Both the position numbers and the translations under genes were made by a program. The notes below the pieces were generated by a model. The model saw only the letters and a list, made by a program, of their open reading frames with translations. It was not told the DNA's origin and ran no database searches. A DNA stretch of 64,000 nucleotides from Setoptus koraiensis (taxonomy: Eukaryota; Animalia; Arthropoda). The DNA lies in assembly GCA_048013815.1 (NCBI GenBank), contig CM106585.1, forward strand, positions 20,398,001 through 20,462,000, read 5' to 3'. Shown one piece after another: positions 48,408 to 61,900 of this stretch (positions are counted from its first letter, which is position 1; each line of letters starts with the position of its first letter).

Positions 48408-50186
48408 ATGAGTGCAATGGGAGCACATCTACAAGAGGCCGTGGAAAGGGCAAAAATTTTAGCCTCAAGAATGGCAACCATGTCACCTGGCACCAAGAGA
48501 TCATCAGACGAGATGTATCAATCGTCTGCAAATTCCAGCAATACGCTAGCCAATACAGAGAATGTCGTTAAGCGTTGCCGTTCATCAGAGGACGAATGCT
48601 CTTCAAAGAGTTCCTCTGCAACATCATCGCCCTTAATATCATCTACTAACAATTTAAATCGAGTTGACTTGAGTGCTAGTGGCAAACAGGATTCAGCTGC
48701 TCTGAGGAACAGGAAGATCAACATTATTTTGGGACCGGAGAATAAAATTTTAGTCGCGGGTAACTCAGAGGAAAGTGAAAATCAACACAGCGCAGAACTT
48801 TTAAAGCAAACTAAGGATCTAGTCCAGCAACAACAGCAAGCAGTCCAAGATAAGCCACCAAAAACCCAAGAGCCAACCCCGCCAACACCAACAGCAACTA
48901 CAGCATCGACCACACCAACGAGCCATGAACCAACAACAGATAAACCAACAACAGATGAACCAACAACAAATAAACACCTAGCAACAATAACAGCGTCACA
49001 CGAACAACAACAAATAACCGGCTTAAATCACACGCTCTTCAATGATTCCATTTTACCTCAATCGGATCTTTTAATACCACATCAATTTGTTGGATTGGTC
49101 ATTGGCAAGGGCGGCGAAAATATACGTAGAGTGCAAAATGAAACCGGAGCCACTCTATACATAGATTCCACTAAAATGGCTGACTCAGAGGGCAACAAAC
49201 GATGCACTATAACAGGTAGTGTAGATTCTGTCCAGAGAGCCTCTGCTCTTGTTCAAGAGATAATAGAAAGTGCCAAGGTAAGTAAGAAACACACATTCAC
49301 CCCATATATAATGCTAATGCAAAAGGTGACGTTTGTGATCATGACGAGTTGTTCCTAATCGTGATTTCCCTTTCCTCCTATCCACTCTGATTATAACCGA
49401 TGTTCAACTATCCAGATTGGTAGGCAAACCTCAAAAAGAAAAGTCAACGATGGTGAACTTGAATACAGAATGAAAATACCAGCTGCTAAAACAGGAGTCA
49501 TTATTGGACGCGGTGGCGAAACTATCAGAGCCATTAGATCGCAAACACAATGTACCATCGAGCTAGACAAGGATGCTGGTGATTGTGGAGCCGACGAGAA
49601 GGTTTTTGTTATTATGGGACCACCGGAGAGAGTGCAACAAGCACAAGAGCTTATCAATGCCAGATTGGCTAGTTGTTTGCAAACTCGACCCAGCTCTCAT
49701 CAAACTAGACAACATCCCATTTGTTCTCCCAACATGAGTAGTCAGAGTTCAGCTGCATTGCAATACGGGTAAGAACTTCTACTACTTCTCCGATCAGCGT
49801 CCAATGTTAATGTCTGTTCATGTTGTCTAATCGAATCAACCAATTTTATTTTATTTCATTCCATTTCATATCATTTATATTCACCACCATCTAGGAACAA
49901 TCTTTATTCTGCTTACTGGCAACAACATATGGCAGCGCAATCCGCTCAACATGATCCTAGCGCTGCATGGGCTGCCTATTATGCACAATATTATGCACCC
50001 CATATGCAAACCGCCAATTTTGGACTGATGCAAGAAAAAAATAATCTTCCTGATGGCGGAGAAAAACAGGCTAGTAGTGATGAATCGTCTAATCAAGCAA
50101 ACTCGAGTGATTACTCAAGTCAATGGGCCCAATACTACAGGGCTCATGGTATGATAAAAGAAGCTGAATGGATTGAGCAACAGTAA
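48408..50186 (+). CDS. Psi: FUBP/KSRP/PSI-family RNA-binding protein with only two KH domains; exons 48408-49277, 49416-49768, 49895-50186
   Basis: N-terminal box LQEAVERAKILASRM, KH VGLVIGKGGENIRRVQ, KH KTGVIIGRGGETIRAI, and C-terminal tyrosine boxes DPSAAWAAYYAQYY and DYSSQWAQYYRAHGM. A further 3' exon is possible. Confidence 0.88.
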
Positions 50187-50329
50187 ACATTTTATAATAT
50201 CTCGCTTCCGATTTGATCCGAGAAATGTAAGTTTTGATAATAGAATGTCCATTACGAAACGCATGATGAGCGCTAAAATACATTTGACAAATCTTGACAG
50301 CCTGCCAATAATCCTTCGGTCCTCAATTG

Positions 50330-50950
50330 GTAAACAAAACTTCTTCGCTCTATATGATGCTCAACAACGAGGAAGTTGGACAAAGTCATTACTGAAGACA
50401 AACTAAACCTCTACCCTATGTCAACATGTTAACTCACTTAATTTAAAAGTTTAAGACCATCATATCATCACATATTTTTGATTCTCTAGCTTCCTTATCT
50501 AGACTGTGTCTTTTCTAATATCAAAGGGTTTACTTCACAACAGTTCTATAATTATAATTTCTCTAAAAGGATTATAGTGTCGGACATAAAATAGGACAAA
50601 AAAGATGATGTGATTGGAATCGTCACCGATACTGCATCTAACTGTGCTCCTAGCCTGAACAAGATCCTCATGTATGTATAAGTCTCTTGAATAATGTCAC
50701 TAATTCTAAGCAAGAGCATTCATAATGCAGCACTCCTGGAGATTGGTTACACAATCCTGCAGAGCCTTCGTGCCTGGTGCGTATTATTTTATTTCTTTTT
50801 CAACTTGATCTATTTCCTGTATGCCTAGATAGTCGCAACTTCGTCAAACCTCATCAATCCGTTCATGCATCGCATATTTTTGTACATTCTGAGTCACGGT
50901 GGTTCTATAACGTTCGAAAAGTTTTGGTTGGACTATATAATAGGTTCGTC
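50330..50950 (+). mobile_element. Decayed hAT-superfamily transposase fragment (catalytic core)
   Basis: In order across broken frames: NFFALYD, VIGIVTDTASN (50610-50642; second catalytic Asp context), IHNAA (CxxH-like region) and HSESRWF (50885-50905; TRW motif). Multiple stops and frameshifts. Confidence 0.5.
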
Positions 50951-53900
50951 TAAGATATTTGAAAACACAAAATAATAAAAAACAACAATAGGTGCTAAAC
51001 AAGCTTTTTTCGGGCCAATTCACTTAACTCTTTTAAAAAATTAACCAAAGCGAAAATCTATAAAACAAAAGCTCTTTGTTTGACCGGGCGTGAATACATT
51101 AATTGTGCTTCGACGCGAACAAAACTGATTGAAAACAAGTAGAAAGCGGTTCGGACGAATAAACTTTATCTAACAGGCAAATACGCCTTTTTTCGCTTGT
51201 TGACACAAATATTTAACATTCATTATTTACTACAATACTCATGGGTCCATGTAACTGACAGTTCTAATGGCTATTAGATAACCTTCATGCAATGTCAAGA
51301 GCTAGCGCAACCATTTGTCCTCGATGGCGTGTCGCAGATGTTACTCAATCACTTGTCTACTCTATTTACATGTGGCCACTTTCCCGTTTTGCCCTGGCTG
51401 TGTTGACAATCTTTGTTGATATTTACCCAACAAAATGTGCAGCTGTATCTAACATAAATGGGACTATTTAACTATTGAGCACTCAAGGTAATGTTTATAA
51501 AGGGAGAGATGTTTTGTCACCTACTCATCTAAGGCATGACTTTTATCAGTTGACGTTGATGTGAACGCATCGGAATAATTGGCGGATCTCTAATTTGGCA
51601 TACTTGCCAAGCTACAGTGTACGGTGCTAGCGGAAGTGTCAACTGCAGAGTGTAGGCGGTCGCACACCGGACAGTTCTAGAAATTGACGCATTGTCGCGC
51701 TCAATTAATCTCGCCGCGACTAACATGAGTAAGATTAAAAAAGACTATTCGTTGCCTGCGTCTCATTCCGCCTGATCAATTATTCCTACACTTACATTAA
51801 TTGATTTGATATGTTCCTGACTGAAAGGATGATCAACTGCCACTTGAGCAACAATACATGTAGCACTTGACATAAGTGTTCAGATGTAACTTTTATTATC
51901 GATGAACTCTCTAATTAGTTGACTCTGATCAATGGCGACTAACAATGGAAAAAAGAGCACGTTTACCTTCACAACGAAAGTGGTACAAATAATCTCTACC
52001 AGAAGAGATGAACAAACTAATGAGAGCATCTCTCATTGGTAAGCACAATTTCCACTTCAACACTGACAATTGTGAGAACGTCCAAGCCTATCATAGTGGT
52101 TATCAAATAATAATGGCGATAATTTAATACAAATGGACAAAACCACATGCAGAGGTGATTTCTATTTGTTCATTGCAATCAAGATTGTTGTGTAGTATGC
52201 AAAATATTTCGTTCTGTCGTTAATCGAATGGCTTCGACGTTTTTGAGCCGCCAACTCGCAACCGCCATCTGTTGCGAGCTAGTTGTCTTCTCAAATAATA
52301 GTGTGCGCTAGTTGTTTGCTATCACGTCAAACGATTGATTAGATTAATCACATAGTCACCCTCAACACTCTCTCACTGAGCACAGTTATCAAGAAAGATG
52401 ATCTATGCCTCGTATTTGCCCATCTTTGCGAATCATATCGGCGTGAGACAAACACAACAGTGAGAGTGTCTTGCAAAAATCATTAAAAAGGCTATTTGTG
52501 GACGTCAATTGATTTCTATTTTAAAGCTAACAAGTGTGCTCTCACTAAGCTGGGCAGCCATGGTTACAAGAACTTTCATAGATTTTTTATTGCGGCGTCA
52601 GTTGTCGGGGTTATGTAATAATAATGCCTTTGTGAGCGGGTCAGACAAGCTCAATTATTATTTCATCTTCCTTTCGCTTTCGTTCGGGAATTATCGCACA
52701 CTCGTACACGCGAACATAACTTATGTTACGCTAAGATTCGCCAAGTTTCCGGACGGACTCAAATTGATGCTTTGCAGCTATAAAAAGTCAGGTGGAGCCA
52801 CCTATATCCACAAACCGGATAACAAGATGGATGAGACTGCCAGTAATAGTGGCCAACTGGCTGGTTGGCCGGCCGGCCGGCCACTCCGACTCTAGGATTG
52901 ATATATTGGATGAGGAAGTCATTAGCATCAACTGTGAAGCTTGTCGAATTCGCTTAATTGGCTTAGATGGATAAATCAGATGGCCAACTAGCGCATCATC
53001 AATAAATGCGCGCTTCCAACTACAGCGACGAAAACAACATGGTTTATAATTGTCAACAACAACAGCTACAAGCTTGCTCAGGCAGCATCAACGGTGCAAA
53101 ATTTGGATTGCTGGTCGTCAAGTTTGATGGTTATACCCGAGCAGCCAACAAACAGACACATTAGATGCCGGTACATACCAGACTTGTTGTTGTTTAGCAT
53201 CGTCAGCATGATGCTGCTCGATGCCATAGCATTCTCACACAAAGATTTTTACTATTATTATTATCATTATTATTATATATCTCATAGCTGTTGTTTAACT
53301 GCTGTTGGCCCACCGTATGCACTGACAGCCCCATTCGAAAGTAGATAGGGAGAGAGAGAGAGAGAGTACCGTTACTCGCCTAGCTTTCGCTTATCTATCT
53401 GTTTTATATATATAGTAGTAGTAGTAGTGGCAGTAATAGTGAAAGTGGTCGTAGTGTGTGAGGGACGGATAAAGAAGCGACACACAGACACACTTGCTAG
53501 ATGTCATCCAATTTAGCAGTCAACCTAATCAATTGTTATCGTTCTCAGTCAGTTGTTTGCTGTTTAAGTTCACACAACAATTACACATTGGTTGCTTGAA
53601 AGAACTAGATGGTGGTAGTTGCAGAACAATAAAGACTAACTATTTCACTGGCACCTGTTGTGGTTGTTGTTGTTCTTGATTTCGGCTTGTAATGGCGGTT
53701 GGTTCGTTCGTTGGCTGACTGGCTGGCTGTTGTATTGTTGTTTGCTGATTGATCAGCTGGTGATGCCTGGTAGAGAAGGTGAACGTTGTTGTAGTGGATG
53801 TTACTCTTTCACTTTATCATAGTCGTTGCTGTTGTTGGCAACTAAAACTAAATATCCGATTATGGAAGTGAAGAGGGCGCAAGCAAAGGTGGCAACGCCA

Positions 53901-54770
53901 GCAGTTACAGTTCGAGAAAGAGGGAGAGAGAGAGAGAGCCAAGTGCAGCTTAAAGGATAAACAGGCTGAGCATTGACACAGGTCGAAAATTGATTATTAG
54001 TGGCTCATACGCACAATTGTTCATTGTCGTCTCCCATTGTTTCCCAGCCACAGACAGACGGGCACATCATCTCAATCAAAAGTTTTCTCCCTTGGCCTGT
54101 CTATTTGCAGCTGACTGAATAAAACAGCAGCAACTGCACAAAATCAATGGCAATATCATATCAACAAGTTGTTTGTAGCAAACAAGGTATAAACAAAGGC
54201 AATGCCAAGGCTTCTGTCAGCGCGATGAGTTTCTCCACCAGGCAGTTCAACAGCAAACAGTTCCTTGGCCGTCTGATCCAAAGAATAGACAGGCAATAAG
54301 GAATCGCATCCTCACTCACATTTGGCCAACGTAACCTAGACGATGCAGCAAATTACACTATTAATGCGTGATCACTCGCCATAACACTGCCCAGTTGTGT
54401 GTCTGGCCACATAATGGGCCACTAAAACAAATAACGCGTGCTAGCTGGCTATCACCTGTTGTCAGCCCTAACAGCCATACGGTCATTCGGACAGTCACTT
54501 GCTAGGTAGTGGCTGATTGTCTGGGCAGTGTAAAGGACTGATCATTAGAGAAGCGATTGAATTGGTGGGGCGTCGCTTCGGTCGTTCGCTCACTTAACTG
54601 ACCAACACCTCTAATAACAACGTTCTTAAATAATAAAATGATTGCCATCATTAAGGTTGCTTGATCGTCTTCAATTAAATAGTTTTCCCTTTCCTTACTC
54701 TCTCCCTATCTCTGCCTTTTCAGTCGGTGCTTCTTCATTATTTCTTCATTTCTACGCCATTAACATGTAG

Positions 54771-54989
54771 AAATAGAGAGAAAGACCGAGAGTCCCGTTT
54801 TGAATTTAATCGGCGCCGGGCTACCGCTGAGACGACCACTGCTGAGCCGGCAAGATATTTACGAACAATCGCCTTGTTACAGGAGCTTATTACGGGGACC
54901 ACAAGTAAGTGGCAATATTCGCCACAGCAGCAGCGGCAGCATCAACAACGCCGACAGCGGCCAGTACCGGCCAGTTGTAAAAAGTACCG
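54771..54989 (+). other. Candidate internal coding exon (219 nt, symmetric phase 1-1) of an unidentified gene
   Basis: Pyrimidine tract and TAG acceptor at 54770; open frame IERKTESPVLNLIGAGLPLRRPLLSRQDIYEQSPCY...VKST; donor G|GTGAGT after 54989 (alternative donor CAA|GTAAGT after 54904). Confidence 0.4.
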
Positions 54990-57900
54990 GTGAGTGAGCG
55001 TCACTAGAGAAAAGTTAAAAGAGTTCGTTTCACAGTGACAACAACAGGAACTAGACAATAGCGAGTCAACACACAAGTCAAAGCGAAATGCCATGAATAA
55101 GTTTTTCACTTCCCTCTACTTAAGCATTAGCTATCAACAACAGCAACCAAGTGAGGCTAATATATAATATAACTAGATTAGTTGTTGTTATTGTGCATGT
55201 GTAGAGGTACTAGCATGTATACACAGACACAACAGCATCATCGTTATTATCTATCGCTTTCAAAATTGCATTGAACTTCTTGCAACTGTTCTCAATATCG
55301 GACAGGTATTGCGGTCTAAGCCTGCCTACTGCTGCCTGGCCACCACTGGCTTACGTTAGCCGCATCCCATCTGATGCTCCGCCGGTGTAAGCCAATGCAC
55401 TGGCTAGTATGTCGCTGTGTTACGTAAGCAACGCATAGACGTAATTGACCTGATCTCGTTTGGCGAGTGTGTGTGTGTGTGTATGTGTGTGTGCGTGCGG
55501 TTTGCATCATCATCTGTCATATTTGTCCTCTAAATTGTTGTTGTTGCTGTTGTTGTTATTGTTTAGCAGGTCTAGCTTCGACTGGCTACACTTAGCACAA
55601 CTCTTGTGCTAGCGATAATGCCGGTGCGAAATGAGCGTGCTGCAAACCACTGTCTCCCTGTAAAGTCTCCCTGAGCTCGGTGAGAGCGACGGACTGTCAG
55701 TTGGCCGGAGCGGTCAAAGCCGCAGCCCGTTGATGGCCAGTAGACCAGACATTTAAAATTAAATGATTGTTGCTCAGCAATCATGTCGGACAATAACAAC
55801 GATGCTGTTGTGTGTGTGGTCAACGAGGGAGAGAGAGAGAAGCCCAAAGAGAATGTCCCAAAGCATAGTCTGCAAGGCATTAGGCATGCCTTTAATCACA
55901 CCACGGCCGCTCTCTGTCCATTGCGCACAAACTCACCTGTTGTTTAATGCAACAGTTGTGAATTCGTTTGTGTTGTCTGTTCAATGTTCAAACTCACAAC
56001 TGTGTGTTCGTGCGCACTTACGCAAGCCACAGTCGGTGTTGTGTCAGTGTTTGACTTTGGAGTTTTAAAGTGGGGAAACTTTTCGCACACACAATGCACA
56101 ATCCGCCATAACTGTGTGAGTGATTGTGTTTACAAACTGCTGGTTGGTTCTTGTCGCTCGATGACGTGATTCGTTTCAGTCAGAGTCAAAATCAAGGCTG
56201 TTGGTCGCCAACAGCCGTCAGTCAACAATGGCACTGGCAGTCCGTGAACAGCAACAGCCACAACAACAACAGCAACAACAATAACAACGCAAGCAGCGGC
56301 TCAGGTAGCGACGCAAATCAAAGGGAAACTGATGCTGTTGCAACTGGTTGCTCTAAACCGACAACAGCAGTTTGTAGTCAGTCTCGCCTGTCAGTCGCTG
56401 TGAGCACCGTCGGAGAGCTATGCGAGTTTGCGCAAACACCAGCCCTTGCGCAACCTTGTCATCTGCGAAAACCCCTGAATCTCTGTTCGCTGGTGTATCC
56501 CAATGTATCGGGAGTGTTCAACCGGCGGCGACGCATTCTTCCATTGGGTTTTCATTGTGCGCCACTAATCACGTCTCTAATCGGCTAATGAGTGCCACAG
56601 CAAGGTGACAAATGCGCCCGCTTCCTTGATTTGTGAGATGGCGGCAGCAGCAGCACTTACTTTCCTATTCTCTCTCTAATTGACAAGCTCGTTTTTTTTC
56701 TCGCTCCGTTTTTTGTCTCTTCAGTTCATTTCGACAGTGCATGTGTGTGAATCTTGTGGAGCATGAAGCTTCTACGCTGTCACGGTGGAATAATAAGAAA
56801 GCGCGCATAGTTGCGCTTTCTTTTAACGCCCACAAGAGGCATTCATCTCATCAGCGGCAGTGGGCTGTGTTCATGGGGCCGATGAGTAGCCAGAGCTCAA
56901 AAGTTTGCACAAAAAGATCGCTAAGTGTCGCATTGGTATCGCCAAGTTCACATTGCAACAACGGCAACAGTGTCAGCGGCAACAACAACAACAACAACAA
57001 CGGCAGCGCCGACTCACAGACTCACCGGACTCACCCGACAAGCTCACCTGTGCACCGTTGCAGACGGTGCTCAGGTGAGCTGAGCTTCACTGGCGAGCTG
57101 CACTGTTGTGACTCACTGGACTCAGCGATGGAAAACCTGTTACTGTCAGTCAACTAGTGGCGCTTTGTTCGCTCGCTGGCCACTCTGTTCGCACACACCT
57201 TGGACATTGTGGGGGAGGCGGTGAGGGCCGGCAGGTGGGGCTGTTCCCTTGCACAGCCTATGATTATGCCCCTGCGCAACTGCGACCAACTTTGAGTCCG
57301 TACTACTACTGTCTGACACAGCACACACACTCACTGACACAAGGCTCGCCAATTTGTATTAATGGCTCATTGCACCAGCGAACCTTGACTACACATGAAA
57401 GTATATTGCACTATAGGGAACTAATAAATATTAGTACTATACTATGTGTATATCACTGCGTGAGTATGTTCGGTGCGCAAAGTCGACTCAACTGTTGGCT
57501 AACCGACTTTAATGTGTGTGTGTGTGTGTGTGTGCACTTGGGCTGCTTAAACTTCATCACTAGAAGTGTGTGTGTGTGTGCTATAGTTATTCGAAACTCG
57601 AACTTGTTGCCGTTTCGCATACAACGAACTGGCGAATTTTGAGAAGAACCAACAACGAAATCGAATATTGAATATCATGCGAATGCATGTAACAGCGCAC
57701 AGAGAGGTGCGCACTTTATGCGAATGCTAGGCAGCAGTGGTGCAAAATTACACATTGCAGCATCTGGTTGTAGAGCACTCACACACACTTACATACAGCA
57801 ACATCAATTCAGACACACCGAGCCGATACCATATGATGATGTTGAGTATCAACGGTGGCAGCAACAGCATTTTCAGTCGGCAGTTGGCAGTCGACGAGCG

Positions 57901-58916
57901 GCAAGTAGCCAGGCAGCCACAACAATAATAATAAAACCAATAACGCAACTACGTAACACAACAACAGCATCAGCAGCAGCAACAGTAGTGGTATCACGAC
58001 AACTAACATCAGCAGCGGCAGCAACAGCAGTGGCAACAGTATAATAATAACACAATCTAGCCAATAATAAGCGTAATAAATGCGATGATATTTATATACA
58101 TGCTTGTGGCACTACAGTAATTATTAAAATATTGCGCCGCCTCTGGTGACATGATAATAGTGGTAGCAATAGTAACAATAATAAGTATTATTATTATATC
58201 TTTTTCATTAAAAGTGGTGTAGTGATTCCCCTTGATACACGACGCTCACCAGCGCCAGTAGCTCAAACGCACGCCGACCGACTCACATGCTCTCGCGAAT
58301 AGACTCAGCACAACAGCGCACACACACACACACACACAAAGATAGAATTGTCGCCCTGTTGAATCTATAGCAGAAACCGGCAGCGACAACAACAAAATCG
58401 AACTTTTTCGCAAATCGAACATCAGTGGCCGAGTCGAACATTGGCAAGTGTGTGATAGGCACAATAGGCAAATCGAATTTCGTGCAGCTCGCAACGAGAG
58501 CGCAGGCATGTGAGCGCCATTTTGTGTCGTCCAATTTAGTTCGATCATTACGCCTCCGTGTTCAGTGCGTTATCATCATATCAAGATATTATTTTATTTT
58601 ATATCAGATTATTTTAAATAAATAATTTTAAATTATTTTTCAAAATCAATCAATCATCAGAAGCTGCGGCAACCGAATCAAATTACAAAAACAAAATTGC
58701 ATTATCGCCACCAATGACTTGCAACGAATGAACGATCACACACGCTCAAACAACCGGGATCATGTCTCACCATTACTGTTACCAATACTCATCATTAACA
58801 GCAGCAGCAGCCATCATCATTAATCAGGACAATTGTTATCAGCAATATTGCCACCACCAAGCAGCACGACACAACAACAATAATAATATTACAGTCTCAA
58901 TTACACTCAATTCCAA

Positions 58917-61900
58917 ATGGACTTTAGACACCACAACAGCGACAAAACAGCAACTTCGATGGCCCCGACTCAGAACGACAGCTCCGAAACTGCAATCAAG
59001 ACGACGACAACAACAACAACAACAGCGAGGCACACAATTAATTTGCAAGAGTTAGAGGGCATCAAGAAGCCGTCGGTGGCGGAACTGGTGAACAAGTTCA
59101 AATGTAAAACCGGCCAAGAGCCTCACACAACCAAACCAGCAATTGCCGATCCGATTCTCTTGCAATCCAACGCCAACAGCAACAACAATAACAACAACAA
59201 TGATATTGCCAACAATAAGAGATCGCCACCGGCAACGACAACAATCACAAATGTTAACCATGATGTGCCAACAGCAAGAATAGATGCCAACACAGCGCTG
59301 AGGCCCAAATATTCTGGCTATGGGCCGGACACGCTTGTTATAAAGCCGCCTTTGCAAGAGGACAACATCCAATTGAAGAAGGGTAGGTCAATAGCAGCTA
59401 TTACTGGAATAGCATCGACAAAAATCGATCAATCTTTCAACAACAATCAACAGCAAGATGAGAATCAACATTTGAGAGACGTAGAAGAAGATAAAGATTA
59501 TAACAACAAATATCAAGCAAACGATGAACAAGCCAACTGCTTAAATAGTCTCGTATTGAGAGGCTTCGAGCAAGAGACCGTGAAACGATCATCCACAAGT
59601 TATGATTCGCGTCTACCTGTGCCATCTGATGTATTTATCGACGACCAATCAGAAGACCACCACACTACTAATAACTTTTCGTCATATGATTATCATGATG
59701 ACGATCATGAGAATAGGCTAGGCCATCAGCGCCTAAATGATGATGAAGACCTTAGGAGACGGGCTCGTAATAGTACTAGTTATACAAAGCAGCAGACTAA
59801 TACCGACAGACTTGATAAAGAAGATAATGCTAAAAAGAACACTGCTACAACTGCCTATATTAGAGCCTCGAATCATCAACCTTTCATGAGGACACAGCAA
59901 CAACAATTCCACAATCATAATAATAACAGCATGCCAAATACTGATACAGATTCTAGTGATGAGCACCAGCAAACATTTGTTGCTGGTCACAGGCAGCAAC
60001 TCTCTAATCTGAAGAATGCTACCAATAATAGTGATAGGCCACAACACACCATGGCCACTCTACAATCTATGATGATAGCCGCTAGAGGAGATGAGGAGCT
60101 TAGTAAAAATCTGGCCCATCTAGACATGGACACTATGCAAATAAATCACCCAAGTCATCATTCTAGGCTCAGGCATCATCCAATGTTCTTTGAAGATCTC
60201 GAACATCATTCGGATCATATCTATAATGAGGGTTTCTTGCCCTCTGCTCAAGATGATTACTATTATTATGGACATGCTGGCGATGAAGACGAAGATTATA
60301 TAGAGGCTCATGTTAATCATCGTATGATGCACCATCATCTAGATGAGGATGATCATCTGATTGATGATATGGATCAAATTGATGACAACTATTTAGATTA
60401 TGGTCTACACACGATAGTTGAAGAGGACGAAAACAGTGAAGAGGAAGAAGAAGAAGGCGATGAGGAAGTTGATAATATATCACTGCATGATGATGAAGAT
60501 GTCACTAGCAACATTAATGTAAGCAAACTTCCAGAATCAACAACAACTAAGAAGACATTCGATGGTGGAAATGCGATGAGAGTTTCTGAAATTGATTATG
60601 ATCTCAACAAAAGTGCAACAACTAAACAGCAAGCAAGAATTCAAATGCAACCACTAACGCAAAATACTAATATAACACCTGTTCAGCCAAATTTTTCCTC
60701 ACCTTCGTCTTCAACACAATCAACTCAGTCATCTGAAGAGCAGCCAACAGAATATCAGAAACAGAAACCTCTACAACAAACAAAGTCAGATAGAACTCCT
60801 AGTGATTCATCATTGAATAGTGGCGGTTTACTAATGACCATTCCATTACGAATCTCCAATAGTGTTTCATTACCCAATATAAGTGTTAAACCATCTTCAA
60901 TGAATTGTGTTAAAACCACCAATGATTTTAATCATAAGCACACACTTCGAGCTCAATCTCCAAATTCAAAGAATCCCTTATTTTTAGCTTTAGAACAACA
61001 TCAACTATTGCAACACCAAAAACAAAAGATTTTAGTCAAGAAGATGCAGAAAAAGAATCGAAAATTGAATGGCCACGATCATATTTCTAAAAAAGATGAA
61101 ACATGCCCTCAATTGTCCTCGTTAGATCTCAACAATTTGGATGATAAGATGATAGACGATCTCATGACTCATGTTATTAATTCATCATCAGCTTCATCAG
61201 CCTCCTCGGATAGCTCGTCTTCCATGTCCATGGATATGGATGATGCTTGTGTTAAAATAACAACAAATGATGATAATGGTTGCCGAATAGTTGGAATTCA
61301 TGAGGATGAACAACATGATCATCTCATGTTTAGTCACCATCATGGGGTACTAAGTAGTCTAGATGATTTACGTGGTTCCAGTGATGAAGATGAGGAACTA
61401 ATGTTGATTAGTAGCACGGTTGCGGCGAAGGTAACAGAGAAACTTCACAAAAGTTGTTTGCTCAACAATGGCAATAGTCAGACTTCATCAATTGAAAACA
61501 GATCAAATAGGAATGTTATTAGTACACATCAGTCATCTAATATTGATAGTCACCATCAAAATCCAGAGGAAACTAGTAAAGATAATAGCTTTGTCAGTCA
61601 CGGTTGCACAGGTCTTGGCAAAACATTATCTATGAGCGTGACTAGTCAAAACAATTGCCAACAAAATCAGGCTCCTTCACAACAGCATCAGAATAAGCAG
61701 CAACAAGACTCATCTCTATTTTTGATGGCGCCATCGAAATTGGAACAATATTTCACCTCAGGTCTCATCAAGAGAAGTAGCGGTAGCGCAACAAATGGCT
61801 GTGGTTCAACATTGAATATAAACAATTCGCATCTATCCAGCCCTGATTGTAAGCAACACGACGATTGTCCTGAGAGCGATCGAGATGACGACGAAGTAAA

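Noticed and set aside
52509-52895. NITYVTLRF resembling the Unc-13 C2A motif NTYVTLK
   Set aside because: No other C2A motifs (KSTT, WEQDF, EVWNKG) were found nearby; likely coincidence.
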